Part shown: one piece after another, positions 28,901 to 38,415 of the stretch
Numbering within the stretch: the first letter of the stretch is position 1
How the letters are laid out: each line of letters begins with the position of its first letter
Assembly (NCBI GenBank): GCA_017997825.1
Contig: JAGOEH010000001.1
Span: 1 to 56,464 of the forward strand
DNA length: 56,464 nucleotides
Source of the DNA: Candidatus Delongbacteria bacterium
GTDB taxonomy: Bacteria; JAGOEH01
Reading direction: 5' to 3'
Position numbers and translations under genes: made by a program
The notes under the pieces: generated by a model
Databases searched by the model: none
The model's input: the letters and a program-made list of their open reading frames with translations, nothing else
What the model was told of the DNA's origin: nothing

Positions 28901-31024
28901 ATGCAAACAGTTCGGATGATGCTGCGAGATAAGGTTTTAGAAATTGAAACCGGGCGAATGGCTAAGCAGGCATCAGGCTCAGTCGTTGTACGATATGGTG
29001 ATACCATGGTATTGGTTACTGCAGTGGCGAAAAAGGAAAAAACGGAAAGCCTGGACTTTTTTCCATTGACCGTGGATTTTCGGGAAAAAGCCTATGCTGC
29101 CGGTAAGATTCCCGGTGGATACATCAAGCGTGAAGGACCTCCCAGCGGCAAAGAAATTTTGAGCAGCCGCCAGATCGATCGCCCGATCCGTCCCCTCTTC
29201 CCGGATGGTTACAATCATGAGGTCCAGATTATTGCCTATGTGATCTCCTCCGATCAGGAGAATGACGGCGATGTATTGGGTATCTGCGGCGCTTCCGCGG
29301 CATTATGCATATCCGAGATTCCGTTTCAGGGGCCGATCGCCGGCGTCCGCGTCGGTCGAATCGATAACCGGTTTGTTATCAATCCTACCTATAGTGAATT
29401 GGGTCAATCCGAGATGGATATCGTGGTAGCCGGAAGTGAAGATTCCCTGGTCATGGTGGAAGGCGGATCCCGGGAAATCAGCCAGGAGCTGCTGGTTGAA
29501 GCCATGCAATATGGCCATGAGCACATCAAGCAGATCATTGCCATGCAGAAGGAACTGATTGCACTGGTGGGGAAACCCAAACGACCCTTTGAGAAGAATG
29601 AGGTACCCGAAGAACTGGAACAGATTATCCGTCGGGATTATACCGATCGCATCCATGCCGGCAATATTATCCGCGATAAGGAAGAGCGTCAGAGTGTGCT
29701 CGATGCCCTTCAGCAGGAAGCCCTGGACGCTCTGGCAGAAGCCTATCCGGATCAGGAGGGGGCGATTAAATATGTGCTGCATGAAATCGAGAAAGCACAT
29801 CTGCGCCGATTGATCCTGGAAGAGAAGATCCGAGTGGATGGTCGCAGTTTGGATGAGATCCGTCCCATCAGCGTCGAAGTGGGCGTACTGCCCAGGACAC
29901 ATGGCTCGGCTCTGTTCACCCGCGGGCAAACCCAATCCCTCGGCGTGGTTACTCTGGGCAGCAAAATGGATGAACAGCGCTTGGATAATCTGGAAGGCGA
30001 ATCCTTCAAAAGCTATATGCTGCACTATAATTTCCCACCTTTCAGCGTGGGTGAAGTCCGCCCCATGCGGAGTCCCGGCCGACGGGAAATCGGACACGGT
30101 AACCTGGCCGAACGCGCAATCGCTCCGGTTATCCCAACCGATGAGATCTTTCCCTATACCATTCGCATTGTTTCGGATATCCTGGAATCCAACGGTTCAT
30201 CTTCGATGGCGACCGTCTGTAGCGGATCACTTTCCCTGATGGATGCCGGAGTCCCGATCAAAACCGCTGTCGCCGGTATTGCCATGGGTTTGATTAAACA
30301 GGATTCACAGTACTCAATTTTGACCGATATCCTGGGCGCGGAAGATCATTTGGGCGACATGGATTTCAAGGTCTGCGGAACCGCTAACGGCATCACCGCT
30401 TTCCAGATGGATATCAAAATCAAAGGGATTACCTTCGAGATCATCCGGGAAGCGATCGCCAAAGCCCAGCAGGCTCGAATGATCATTCTGGAAAAGATGA
30501 ATGCCGTCCTGGCCAAACCCCGGGCCGAGCTCTCCGTATATGCACCGCGAATTCTGACGACCAAGATTCCGGCCGATAAGATCGGTGAAGTCATTGGCAG
30601 CGGCGGAAAAACCATCCGCCTGATCCAGGAAGAAACCGGCGCTGAAATCTCAATCGATCCCGATGGAACGGTCCACGTCGTCAGCATTAATAAAGACGGT
30701 GCCGCCAAAGCCATCGAAATCGTCGAAAGCATCGGATTCCCTCCCGAAGTGGGCTCGATCAAAAAAGGAAAAGTCATCAAACTCTTTCCCTTCGGTGCCG
30801 TCCTGGCCTTCGACTTCAATCGGGAAGGTTTATTGCATATCTCCGAAATAGACCATAAACGAGTCGAAGAAGTGACCGATTATTTTAAAGAAGGCGACGA
30901 GGTTGAAGTTAAGGTGATTGATATCGATAACGGCGGAAAAATCAAACTGAGCCGCAAAGCTCTTTTGCCCAAACCGCCCCGGCCTCCTCAGTCGCAACCT
31001 CAACGAGAAAGAGATGGAAATTAA
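28901..31024 (+). CDS. pnp: polyribonucleotide nucleotidyltransferase (PNPase)
   Basis: Two RNase PH domains (ITAFQMDIKIKGIT), KH (IGEVIGSGGKTIR) and S1 (KGKVIKLFPFGAVLAF). Confidence 0.97.
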   Translation: MQTVRMMLRDKVLEIETGRMAKQASGSVVVRYGDTMVLVTAVAKKEKTESLDFFPLTVDFREKAYAAGKIPGGYIKREGPPSGKEILSSRQIDRPIRPLFPDGYNHEVQIIAYVISSDQENDGDVLGICGASAALCISEIPFQGPIAGVRVGRIDNRFVINPTYSELGQSEMDIVVAGSEDSLVMVEGGSREISQELLVEAMQYGHEHIKQIIAMQKELIALVGKPKRPFEKNEVPEELEQIIRRDYTDRIHAGNIIRDKEERQSVLDALQQEALDALAEAYPDQEGAIKYVLHEIEKAHLRRLILEEKIRVDGRSLDEIRPISVEVGVLPRTHGSALFTRGQTQSLGVVTLGSKMDEQRLDNLEGESFKSYMLHYNFPPFSVGEVRPMRSPGRREIGHGNLAERAIAPVIPTDEIFPYTIRIVSDILESNGSSSMATVCSGSLSLMDAGVPIKTAVAGIAMGLIKQDSQYSILTDILGAEDHLGDMDFKVCGTANGITAFQMDIKIKGITFEIIREAIAKAQQARMIILEKMNAVLAKPRAELSVYAPRILTTKIPADKIGEVIGSGGKTIRLIQEETGAEISIDPDGTVHVVSINKDGAAKAIEIVESIGFPPEVGSIKKGKVIKLFPFGAVLAFDFNREGLLHISEIDHKRVEEVTDYFKEGDEVEVKVIDIDNGGKIKLSRKALLPKPPRPPQSQPQRERDGN

Positions 31025-31268
31025 TGCCAATCCGGCCATCACGATCAATGTGAACCGGGCTGCCCAGCAAACCCAAAATACCCAGACTGTGATTCGGGAA
31101 AATCTGGCGCATAATCGGGAAATCCAGGACAAACTGGAACTCAATACCGATCAAATCGCTCAACGCACTCAATTCTACCGGGCCAATCTGGAAACGATCA
31201 CCAAGGATCCGCTCTATCTGGACCGAAAAAGCACCAGCTTTTTCGGCCGGAAAGGGCCAATCCCCTGA
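31014..31268 (+). CDS. hypothetical small Gln/Asn-rich protein (84 aa)
   Basis: The ATG overlaps the last codons of pnp, and codon choice resembles the neighbours. There is no recognisable family, and its 3' end is a perfect 10-bp palindrome, so it may be non-coding. Confidence 0.35.
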   Translation: MEINANPAITINVNRAAQQTQNTQTVIRENLAHNREIQDKLELNTDQIAQRTQFYRANLETITKDPLYLDRKSTSFFGRKGPIP

Positions 31269-31280
31269 GCTTTGTTTTAA

Positions 31281-31343
31281 TCCGTGGGGGTGCTCATCGA
31301 ACCCGATGGGCTGAGAACATACCCCTGGAACCTGATCCAGGTA
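31281..31343 (+). promoter_or_regulatory. TPP (THI-box) riboswitch aptamer
   Basis: P1 TCCGT/ACGGA encloses GGGGGTGC ... GCTGAGA ... ACCCCT GGAACCTGATCCAGGTAATACTGGCGCAGGGA. All conserved THI-element blocks are present in order (GGGGUGC, CUGAGA, ACCC, GAACCUGAUC, GGUAAUAC, GCG.AGGGA). Confidence 0.9.
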
Positions 31344-31401
31344 ATACTGGCGCAGGGAACGGAATATTATTTCCAATCCCGCCCCACATACCGAACAGGT
31401 T

Positions 31402-31430
31402 CCTCTTCTAAACCACACTTTTTAGAGAGG
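31402..31430 (+). promoter_or_regulatory. SD-sequestering hairpin (riboswitch expression platform)
   Basis: CCTCT(T)CTA (31402-31410) pairs with TAGAGAGG (31423-31430), covering the first half of the GAGAGGAG Shine-Dalgarno sequence 5 nt before ATG 31438. GGAAC (31336-31340) can alternatively pair with GTTCC (31399-31403). Confidence 0.6.
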
Positions 31431-31437
31431 AGCTGTT

Positions 31438-33864
31438 ATGTTACGATTTAACCTCTGCCTGCTGGCCATGGTCTTGCTTTGGTCTAACCCCGGCTGGGCA
31501 TCCCAGACCATCGAGGGAATGGTCCTGGATTCCTTGTCAGGATTGCCGATTCCCCAGGTCAATGTCCAACTGGCCGATTCACCCGCTGGAACCATGACCA
31601 ACCCGGATGGATCATTCCGCCTTAAATGCCTGAGCTTCCCCTGTGACATCATTTTGACCCACATTGGCTATCATCCGTGCCGGATTACACTCAGCCGATC
31701 GGAAAACCGGGTTGTCAGACTTCAATCCCGGTCCCTCCCGGGACCTGTGGTCATGGTCTCATCGACCCGGGCCGAGGACCGCCGGACTCCCGTCACCTTT
31801 TCCAATCTGGACCGCGCCACCATCGAACGATCCCACACCACTGAGGATATCCCGCTGATGATCAGCCATCAGCCGAATGTGACCGTCTCTTCGGATGCCG
31901 GTAACGGAATCGGGTATACCTATCTCAAGATCCGCGGATTCGATCAGAAACGGATCGGGGTTATGATCAACAATGTCCCGCTCAATGATCCGGAAGAGCA
32001 TCAGGTCTATTGGGTCGATCTGGGCGATCTGACGGGTAATACTCGTGATATCCAGATTCAGCGCGGCGTCGGCGCCAGTCTTTACGGCAGCTCTACCCTG
32101 GGCGGCGCCGTCAATATTCTGACTCGTTCGTCGGAAACGGAAAACCAGGGCGATTTTCACAGCGGTGCCGGCAGTTTCGGAACCTGGAAAATGGCCGGCA
32201 GCATCAACCGTACCCTTCGCCCCTCCCTCTCCCTCCTGCTCCGTTCATCCTATACCACCTCTTCCGGATACCGGGACCGCTCCCAGTCCGATCTGGCCTC
32301 CTACTATATGGCGCTCAGCCGGCAAAAACCGACCATGATCAACCGCCTGCTCTGCTTCGGCGGATACGAAAAATCAGGACTGGCCTACAACGCCATTCCG
32401 GAATCCATCTACCGGACCAACCGAAAATACAATGATATGGCCGTGTATTCCAACTCCATCGATCGATTCGTCCAGCCACACTTCCACTTTGTCAATACCC
32501 TCCTCCTTTCCAACTGGCTGATTGAGAATACCCTCTTCTATGTCTACGGCAATGGATATTACGAACAATACAAAGATGGGATCGATAGCGATAAACTCGA
32601 ATACTATTCCATATCCCCCGACACCCTCGATGAGACCACCGATCTGGTCCGGCGTAAAAATGTCATCAAAAATCAACTCGGCTGGGTGGCCCGCCTGGAA
32701 TGGAAAAATAATCGTCATCACCTGAGTCTGGGATGGAATCTCTGGGATTATCATGCCGATCATGACGGGAAAGTGATCCGCCTGGGAGATCGCTCAATGA
32801 ATCATCGATACTATGATTATACCGGCGATAAACAAAACTATGCCGTGTATCTGAATGATATCATCAACCTGAATGACCGCATCGGAATCATGATGAATGG
32901 ATTGTGGGAATACAAAATCTACCGCCTGACCCAAAATCGGGTCGGCAATTATCAGGGTTTGCAGTTGAATCGACTGGAAGCCGACTACCGGTTTTTCAGT
33001 CCCCGGATCGGAATCAACCTGAATCTTTCGTCCCGAATCCATTGCTTTGCCAATTATTCACAAGCCTGGCGCGAACCCGCCGATAAGGATCTCTATGACA
33101 CCTGGAGCGGCCCGGATGATCTGGGCGCCGAACCTCTGTTCCATCATAAAACCATCGTGTATGACAACCAGGGTAATCCGCTCTATCAGGACTGGTCCGA
33201 TCCCCAGCTCAAAGCCGAACAACTTCATGACTGGGAATGGGGATGGGGCTTTAGTCATCCCCGGGTACAGTTGAAAATGAATGCCTACTGGATGGAATTC
33301 CGGAATGAGATTGTCCCTCTGGGTACGGTTAATGCCGAGGGGCTGCCGGTTCGCGGTAATGCCCCGGAAAGCATCCATCGCGGGATCGAGTGGAATCTGA
33401 TGGTTAAAAGCGGGACCATGTTTCGGTTCGAAACATCGGGTGCCTATAGTCAAAACTATTTCAGCCGTTTTGTCCAACAGGATTGGAATGATGATTGGAG
33501 TGGTGCGACCCAAGTCAATCTGAAAAATAAAACCATTGCCCTTTTCCCCGACTGGATTGTCAATCTTCAGCCGGGGATTGTCTACCACCGACTGGACGCC
33601 GATCTGAATTTCCGCTACCAGGGACGCCAGTATCTGGATAACATGGAAAACCGCAGTCGATCGATCGATCCGCATTGGGTGGTGCAGATGATGGTTCGCT
33701 ACTCGATACCGGTTCAGCCGGTTGGACGAGAAATGATGCTTTATGTGAAAATCGATAATCTATTCAACCAGGTCTACGAAACCAGCGGGTATGTCGATGG
33801 CGAAAACTGCTATTTCCCGGGGGCTCCCCGAAACGTTTTTGCCGGCCTGAAATGGGGCTTCTGA
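31438..33864 (+). CDS. TonB-dependent outer-membrane receptor with N-terminal carboxypeptidase-regulatory-like domain
   Basis: Signal peptide. IEGMVLDSLSGLPIPQVNVQL (CarbopepD_reg-like). Plug motif YLKIRGFDQKRIGVMINNVPLNDPE. C-terminal FAGLKWGF with terminal Phe. Confidence 0.9.
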   Translation: MLRFNLCLLAMVLLWSNPGWASQTIEGMVLDSLSGLPIPQVNVQLADSPAGTMTNPDGSFRLKCLSFPCDIILTHIGYHPCRITLSRSENRVVRLQSRSLPGPVVMVSSTRAEDRRTPVTFSNLDRATIERSHTTEDIPLMISHQPNVTVSSDAGNGIGYTYLKIRGFDQKRIGVMINNVPLNDPEEHQVYWVDLGDLTGNTRDIQIQRGVGASLYGSSTLGGAVNILTRSSETENQGDFHSGAGSFGTWKMAGSINRTLRPSLSLLLRSSYTTSSGYRDRSQSDLASYYMALSRQKPTMINRLLCFGGYEKSGLAYNAIPESIYRTNRKYNDMAVYSNSIDRFVQPHFHFVNTLLLSNWLIENTLFYVYGNGYYEQYKDGIDSDKLEYYSISPDTLDETTDLVRRKNVIKNQLGWVARLEWKNNRHHLSLGWNLWDYHADHDGKVIRLGDRSMNHRYYDYTGDKQNYAVYLNDIINLNDRIGIMMNGLWEYKIYRLTQNRVGNYQGLQLNRLEADYRFFSPRIGINLNLSSRIHCFANYSQAWREPADKDLYDTWSGPDDLGAEPLFHHKTIVYDNQGNPLYQDWSDPQLKAEQLHDWEWGWGFSHPRVQLKMNAYWMEFRNEIVPLGTVNAEGLPVRGNAPESIHRGIEWNLMVKSGTMFRFETSGAYSQNYFSRFVQQDWNDDWSGATQVNLKNKTIALFPDWIVNLQPGIVYHRLDADLNFRYQGRQYLDNMENRSRSIDPHWVVQMMVRYSIPVQPVGREMMLYVKIDNLFNQVYETSGYVDGENCYFPGAPRNVFAGLKWGF

Positions 33865-34505
33865 TGATGGCGGCCATTATCGCCAATGGTGACCTTCCGG
33901 ACTCGGAGCATCTGACGTCCATCCTGGACCGGACCCAACTCTGTATTTGTGCTGATGGGGGCGCCAATGGCGCCCATCGGCTCGGTATCATCCCCGATTA
34001 TGTGATCGGGGATCTGGACTCGATCGATGATGAGGCTCTCCAGTATTATCGTTACCATTCTCCATCGACCCGAATCATCCATCAGTCCGATCAATCGACG
34101 ACCGATCTTGAAAAATGCCTGGTTTTCCTTCAGCAATATCCGGTTGAAACCTGCTACCTGCTGGGAGTCACCGGCGATCGGAGCGACCATTTTCTTTACG
34201 CCCTTCATCTGCTTCACCTCTTTTCACGCCGAATGAACCTGATCATGATCAGCCGGCACCAACAGATTTTTCTGGTGCGAGACCAGGTCGAATTCGATTC
34301 GGTCTCGGATACCGTCTCATTCTTCGGATTTCCGGAAGCCGGAGGCGTGACCACGGAGGGATTTCACTATGCGATAAAAGATTGCCGGATCGGCATGAAT
34401 ACCATCCAGAGCATCAGTAACCGAATCGAACGGGTTCCGGCCAGGCTTACGATTCGCTCAGGGTGTCTGCTGGTCATTGTCAGCCGGAATGAGGACAACC
34501 GGTGA
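33852..34505 (+). CDS. thiN: thiamine pyrophosphokinase
   Basis: ICADGGANGAHRLGIIPDYVIGDLDSI, TDLEKCL and GVTGDRSDHFL match the TPK catalytic-domain motifs. Overlaps the receptor gene by 13 nt. Confidence 0.85.
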   Translation: MGLLMMAAIIANGDLPDSEHLTSILDRTQLCICADGGANGAHRLGIIPDYVIGDLDSIDDEALQYYRYHSPSTRIIHQSDQSTTDLEKCLVFLQQYPVETCYLLGVTGDRSDHFLYALHLLHLFSRRMNLIMISRHQQIFLVRDQVEFDSVSDTVSFFGFPEAGGVTTEGFHYAIKDCRIGMNTIQSISNRIERVPARLTIRSGCLLVIVSRNEDNR

Positions 34506-35893
34506 AGAATTGGTTGGTCTGGATGCCGATCGGATTCTATCTGATTTGGGTGATGATCCAGTGGATCCGATCCTGGGGTGTCAACCTGAAGGATATGGCC
34601 GGCTATATGATTGCCGGCCGCCATCTGAGTCTCCCCGGTCTGGTGGCCTCCCTGGTTACCGGTTGGTACGGGGGAATTCTGGGAGTCGGCGAATACTCTT
34701 TCAACTATGGAATATCCTCCTGGCTGGTGTTTGGCGTACCCTATTATCTGGCGGCTATCCTGTTTGCCTTTTTTTTGTCCGGCCGGATCAGAAAAAGCCG
34801 GATGCTGACCATTCCGGAACAACTGGAACACTTCTACGGCCGCAAGGTTTCCATTCTGGGGGCGGGAATTATCTTTATCCAGAGTGTTCCCGCCGCGTAT
34901 ATCCTGGAACTGGGAATCCTGATCCGCTTTGTCACCGGCTGGCCGCTGATGACCTGCATTATTCTGGGTGCTCTGGGATCGACCGGATACCTGTTTGCCG
35001 GAGGCTTCAGAATGATGGTCCGCAATCATCTGGTTCAATTCGGTCTGATGTTTCTGGGATTTGCCATGATTCTGGCGATGTGCCGATACCGGTTCGGCGG
35101 GTGGGAATACCTGCAGCAGGCGGCGGATCCCCACATGTTTACCTGGCATGGCGGAAACAAACCGATCGTGATTCTGATCTGGTATTTTCTGGCTCTGAGT
35201 ACCCTGGCCGAACCCCTCTTTTATCAACAGTCGGCCGCCGCCAGAAATCCTGCGGTCGCCCGGTGGGGAATCCTGATTTCAGTCCTATTCTGGATTCTGT
35301 TCGATTTTATGACTTCGTTCACCGGCATTTATGCTCATGCCATTCTGCATCAGATCCCCGATCCGGTGATGGCCTATCCCATGTTGAGTCAGAAAATTCT
35401 TCCGCCCTTGCTTCATGGTATCTTCATCTGTTCGATGCTGGCTGTCATCATGTCCACCATTGACAGCTTCGCCTTTATCTCGGGGGTCACCATCGGACGG
35501 GATATCCTGCATAAGCTGGCGCCCGACTCGATTCAATCCGGCAAGAATCAAAAAGGATTGATCCAGATTGGCCTGATCCTGTCAAGCCTTTTTGCGATCA
35601 TGATCGCATCGCTTTCCGACAGCGTGGTTCAAATCTGGTATGGAATCGGTTCGATCGGTATTCCGGCTATTCTGGTCCCGGTGGTCTCCTCATACAGCCG
35701 CTATCCTATTTCCAGGCGCTCGGCAGCGATCATCATCCTGGGTTCGTCCTCTCTCTCCCTTTTCTGGTTGGCAACGCCGCTTCTGTTTCGTCAGGAGGGC
35801 TACCTGGGAGGAATTGAACCGGTATTCCCAGGATTAGTGTGGGCTATGCTCGTTTGGGGTCTAAGCCGTATCCGAGCCTTACGATCCGTATGA
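34502..35893 (+). CDS. sodium:solute symporter (SSS) family permease, substrate unknown
   Basis: About 13 TM segments with the SSS pattern (YMIAGRHLSLPGLVASLVTGWYGG, MLTIPEQLEHFYG, STIDSFAFISG). The GTG start overlaps the TPK stop (GTGA). Confidence 0.8.
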   Translation: MKNWLVWMPIGFYLIWVMIQWIRSWGVNLKDMAGYMIAGRHLSLPGLVASLVTGWYGGILGVGEYSFNYGISSWLVFGVPYYLAAILFAFFLSGRIRKSRMLTIPEQLEHFYGRKVSILGAGIIFIQSVPAAYILELGILIRFVTGWPLMTCIILGALGSTGYLFAGGFRMMVRNHLVQFGLMFLGFAMILAMCRYRFGGWEYLQQAADPHMFTWHGGNKPIVILIWYFLALSTLAEPLFYQQSAAARNPAVARWGILISVLFWILFDFMTSFTGIYAHAILHQIPDPVMAYPMLSQKILPPLLHGIFICSMLAVIMSTIDSFAFISGVTIGRDILHKLAPDSIQSGKNQKGLIQIGLILSSLFAIMIASLSDSVVQIWYGIGSIGIPAILVPVVSSYSRYPISRRSAAIIILGSSSLSLFWLATPLLFRQEGYLGGIEPVFPGLVWAMLVWGLSRIRALRSV

Positions 35894-35908
35894 TCCCTAA
35901 AAAAATTC

Positions 35909-35937
35909 TTGACATCATCGGGGTTTTTAATTATTAT
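35909..35937 (+). promoter_or_regulatory. sigma70 promoter of exbB-exbD-tonB
   Basis: TTGACA, 17-nt spacer, TATTAT. Confidence 0.55.
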
Positions 35938-36002
35938 AGAACTCGTTGAGAAATGACTTAACGATGTCGGTCGAATGATTCGGTACTGAGAAAGGGGAAT
36001 TT

Positions 36003-36638
36003 ATGTCGTTGATATCGATTGTTTTAAAGGGCGGAATCCTGGTTTATCTGATACTGGCTCTTTCCATCATCGGCTTGGCGGTTTTTCTGGAACGCTTCTT
36101 CACCATTAAAAAGGCAGCCATCAATTCCCGAGCCTTTTTGAATCGAATCAAGATGCTGGTCCTCAACAATCAGTTGCCGGAAGCGATACAGGTTTGCAGC
36201 CAAACCGATGCCCCGGTAGCCCATGTTCTCAATGGTATCTTAAAACGGCGGAATCTCAGTTATGATGAAATTAAGGACTCGGTGGAAACCGAAGCCAATC
36301 TCCAGATTTATCAGCTCGAGAAATACTTTAATGTGTTGGGGACTATTGCGGCGGTCAGTCCGCTGATCGGATTCTTGGGCACCGTTACCGGTATGATTCG
36401 CACCTTTATGGCGATTGAAGCCCATACCGGCCAGGTTGAACCGGCTATTCTGGCCGGAGGCATATGGGAAGCCCTGATCACGACAGCCGTCGGTTTGACT
36501 ATCGGGATTCCGGCCCTGATCGCCTATAACTATCTGGTAACCAAGGTGGAAAAATTCGCTTTTGAAATTCAGCAAAGCTCTTTAGATCTTCTGGAAGTTA
36601 TCCTCAATAAGGAGGATCCCGATGAAGATCACCAGTAA
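36003..36638 (+). CDS. exbB: MotA/TolQ/ExbB proton-channel protein
   Basis: Three TM segments, with GFLGTVTGMIRTF and ALITTAVGLTIGIPAL typical of ExbB/TolQ. Confidence 0.85.
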   Translation: MSLISIVLKGGILVYLILALSIIGLAVFLERFFTIKKAAINSRAFLNRIKMLVLNNQLPEAIQVCSQTDAPVAHVLNGILKRRNLSYDEIKDSVETEANLQIYQLEKYFNVLGTIAAVSPLIGFLGTVTGMIRTFMAIEAHTGQVEPAILAGGIWEALITTAVGLTIGIPALIAYNYLVTKVEKFAFEIQQSSLDLLEVILNKEDPDEDHQ

Positions 36639-37038
36639 AAACAAACTGTTGGTGGTGTTTTCCGCCATCTCCCTCACTGATATTGTGCTGTTGCTGCTGA
36701 TATTCTTCCTCCTGTCATCCTCGTTCGTGGTCCAATCCGGAATTAAAGTCAACCTGCCGGCCTCGGTAACCCGTGACGTCAGTGTGGATGATCTGATGGT
36801 GATTTCATTGACCCGTTCCGGAGAAATCTATTTGGCCGGGGATGTCACCACCAGTTTCCAGGAACTGGGAATCCATCTGGCGCCACGGCTCCAATCCAAT
36901 CCGGATCAGCGGATCCTGCTTCAAGCGGATAAAGACGTGCCTCTGGAATGGGTGATCAAGACCATGGATATCATCAAAACCGCCGGGGGAAAATCAATCA
37001 CGATTGCCACCCGGCAAGAAAAAATCGATGAGAACTAA
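36622..37038 (+). CDS. exbD: ExbD/TolR biopolymer transport protein
   Basis: 138 aa with a single N-terminal TM (ISLTDIVLLLLIFFLL) and a periplasmic ExbD fold pattern. Overlaps exbB. Confidence 0.85.
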   Translation: MKITSKNKLLVVFSAISLTDIVLLLLIFFLLSSSFVVQSGIKVNLPASVTRDVSVDDLMVISLTRSGEIYLAGDVTTSFQELGIHLAPRLQSNPDQRILLQADKDVPLEWVIKTMDIIKTAGGKSITIATRQEKIDEN

Positions 37039-37756
37039 GTACTGGATCATCTCCCTGATACTCCATCTTCTTCTTTTTCTGGTCCTGGTTTGGGTAAATT
37101 GTCCCGGTGATTTCAGCCGTCTGGACCAGGAATTTTACGTCAGCATGTCATCCTCGATGTTTATGGATCGCTATCCGGAAACCGGCCAGATGCCGGGAGG
37201 AGGCGAGCCCACCCCCGGACACGATGTGCCGCAGACGCCGGACAAAGCCGATCTGGCTTCGGCGCTTCAAACCGAAACCATCAGCTCTCCCAAATACCAG
37301 GATGATCTGCCCTTGCCGGAGTATGCCCCTCAACCCGCCGCGTCATCACCGGCCGCCGGTTCACCATCAGCAGGACAACCCCGCCTGACATCCCAGGCCT
37401 CAACCCTTCCTCTTCCCCATGCCGGGAAAAAATTGGGACTGCCCAGAAAAACGGACAGCCAAGGGGGTGACGGCAGCTTTTTTTCGGTGGAAGGCGATCT
37501 GAAAAACCGACTCATTATCAATCAATCGGCACCGGATCCGGTCCATGGATTGAAGGAGGAGGTCAGAGTCAGCTTTCGTCTTCTGGTGGATGGCAAAGGA
37601 CAAGTGACCGAAATTATCCCGATCCAGAAGGGGGATTACCGGGTCGAGACCAGTTCGCTCAAGGCCCTCAAAGAATGGCGGTTCAACCCGTTACCGGCTG
37701 CTGAAAAGGATTCGTTACAAAGTGGAATTATAACCCTGATCTTTAAATTGCAATAA
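37028..37756 (+). CDS. tonB: TonB-family energy transducer
   Basis: N-terminal anchor YWIISLILHLLLFLVLV, Pro-rich spacer, and a C-terminal TonB_C-like domain. ATG 37028 is preferred over the ORF-track start at 37004. Confidence 0.75.
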   Translation: MRTKYWIISLILHLLLFLVLVWVNCPGDFSRLDQEFYVSMSSSMFMDRYPETGQMPGGGEPTPGHDVPQTPDKADLASALQTETISSPKYQDDLPLPEYAPQPAASSPAAGSPSAGQPRLTSQASTLPLPHAGKKLGLPRKTDSQGGDGSFFSVEGDLKNRLIINQSAPDPVHGLKEEVRVSFRLLVDGKGQVTEIIPIQKGDYRVETSSLKALKEWRFNPLPAAEKDSLQSGIITLIFKLQ

Positions 37757-37806
37757 TCCGACATCCGATGGATGACGGCTCAGGATACCATGAAAGGAGA
37801 TTTTTT

Positions 37807-38415
37807 ATGCAGGTGACTGCTTCTAGAAAACAGTTTTCGTTTTATTTCGGCCGGTTGGGTCTGATCTTTCTGATGATTTCAATGAGTCTGGCGCTCAGTT
37901 TCTTGTCCGGGTGTTCCATGTTTTCAAAGCCCAACCGTTATATCAAAGATTTTTTGAAGGATGATGCCGATGTCTGGTGTCTGTATTATGATGAAGCTGT
38001 TTTCCTGTTCCGTGGTGATTCGACCCTGGGTATCCCCCCGATGGCCGACAGCATCGCCCGGATCATCTCGCACAGCGACTCGGCCACTACTCCCAATCCC
38101 TGGACCCCGGAAGAATATGCCGGCAGTTTTATGGTCCGGACCGATGCCAACGAAGCCAACCATGAATATGTCATCGATTATACCCGTAACAAATACGCTG
38201 TCGGCCTGAAATTAAAAGAAAATATCATCGAATTCAATTATATGTACAATGGGGAATATCTGGCCGAAACCGTCTCCCTGACTGAGCATGATAAAGCAGC
38301 ATTGAAAAACCTGTTTGAGAAATTCATCAAGGCGTATGTAACGGCTAAATGGGACGATAAGTATATCAATATCGAGGATCCCCGCTGGTCAGTGATCAAA
38401 CCAGCCGCGGAATAA
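37807..38415 (+). CDS. hypothetical lipoprotein
   Basis: AGGAG lies 7 nt before ATG 37807. Lipobox LSFLSGC. No recognisable family. The 3' end overlaps the convergent dinG by 27 nt. Confidence 0.55.
   Translation: MQVTASRKQFSFYFGRLGLIFLMISMSLALSFLSGCSMFSKPNRYIKDFLKDDADVWCLYYDEAVFLFRGDSTLGIPPMADSIARIISHSDSATTPNPWTPEEYAGSFMVRTDANEANHEYVIDYTRNKYAVGLKLKENIIEFNYMYNGEYLAETVSLTEHDKAALKNLFEKFIKAYVTAKWDDKYINIEDPRWSVIKPAAE

Noticed and set aside
29303-30097. 264-aa ORF antisense to pnp. Similar cases lie opposite scpB/rluB (10764-11486) and fba (41671-42357).
   Set aside because: These are shadow ORFs inside confidently identified genes. They have no RBS or motif support.
34367-35463. Two long ORFs overlapping the SSS permease gene: 34477-35463 (+, alternative frame) and 34367-35227 (-).
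   Set aside because: Only the 34502-35893 frame gives a coherent multi-TM SSS protein with family motifs and a GTGA coupling to the upstream TPK gene.
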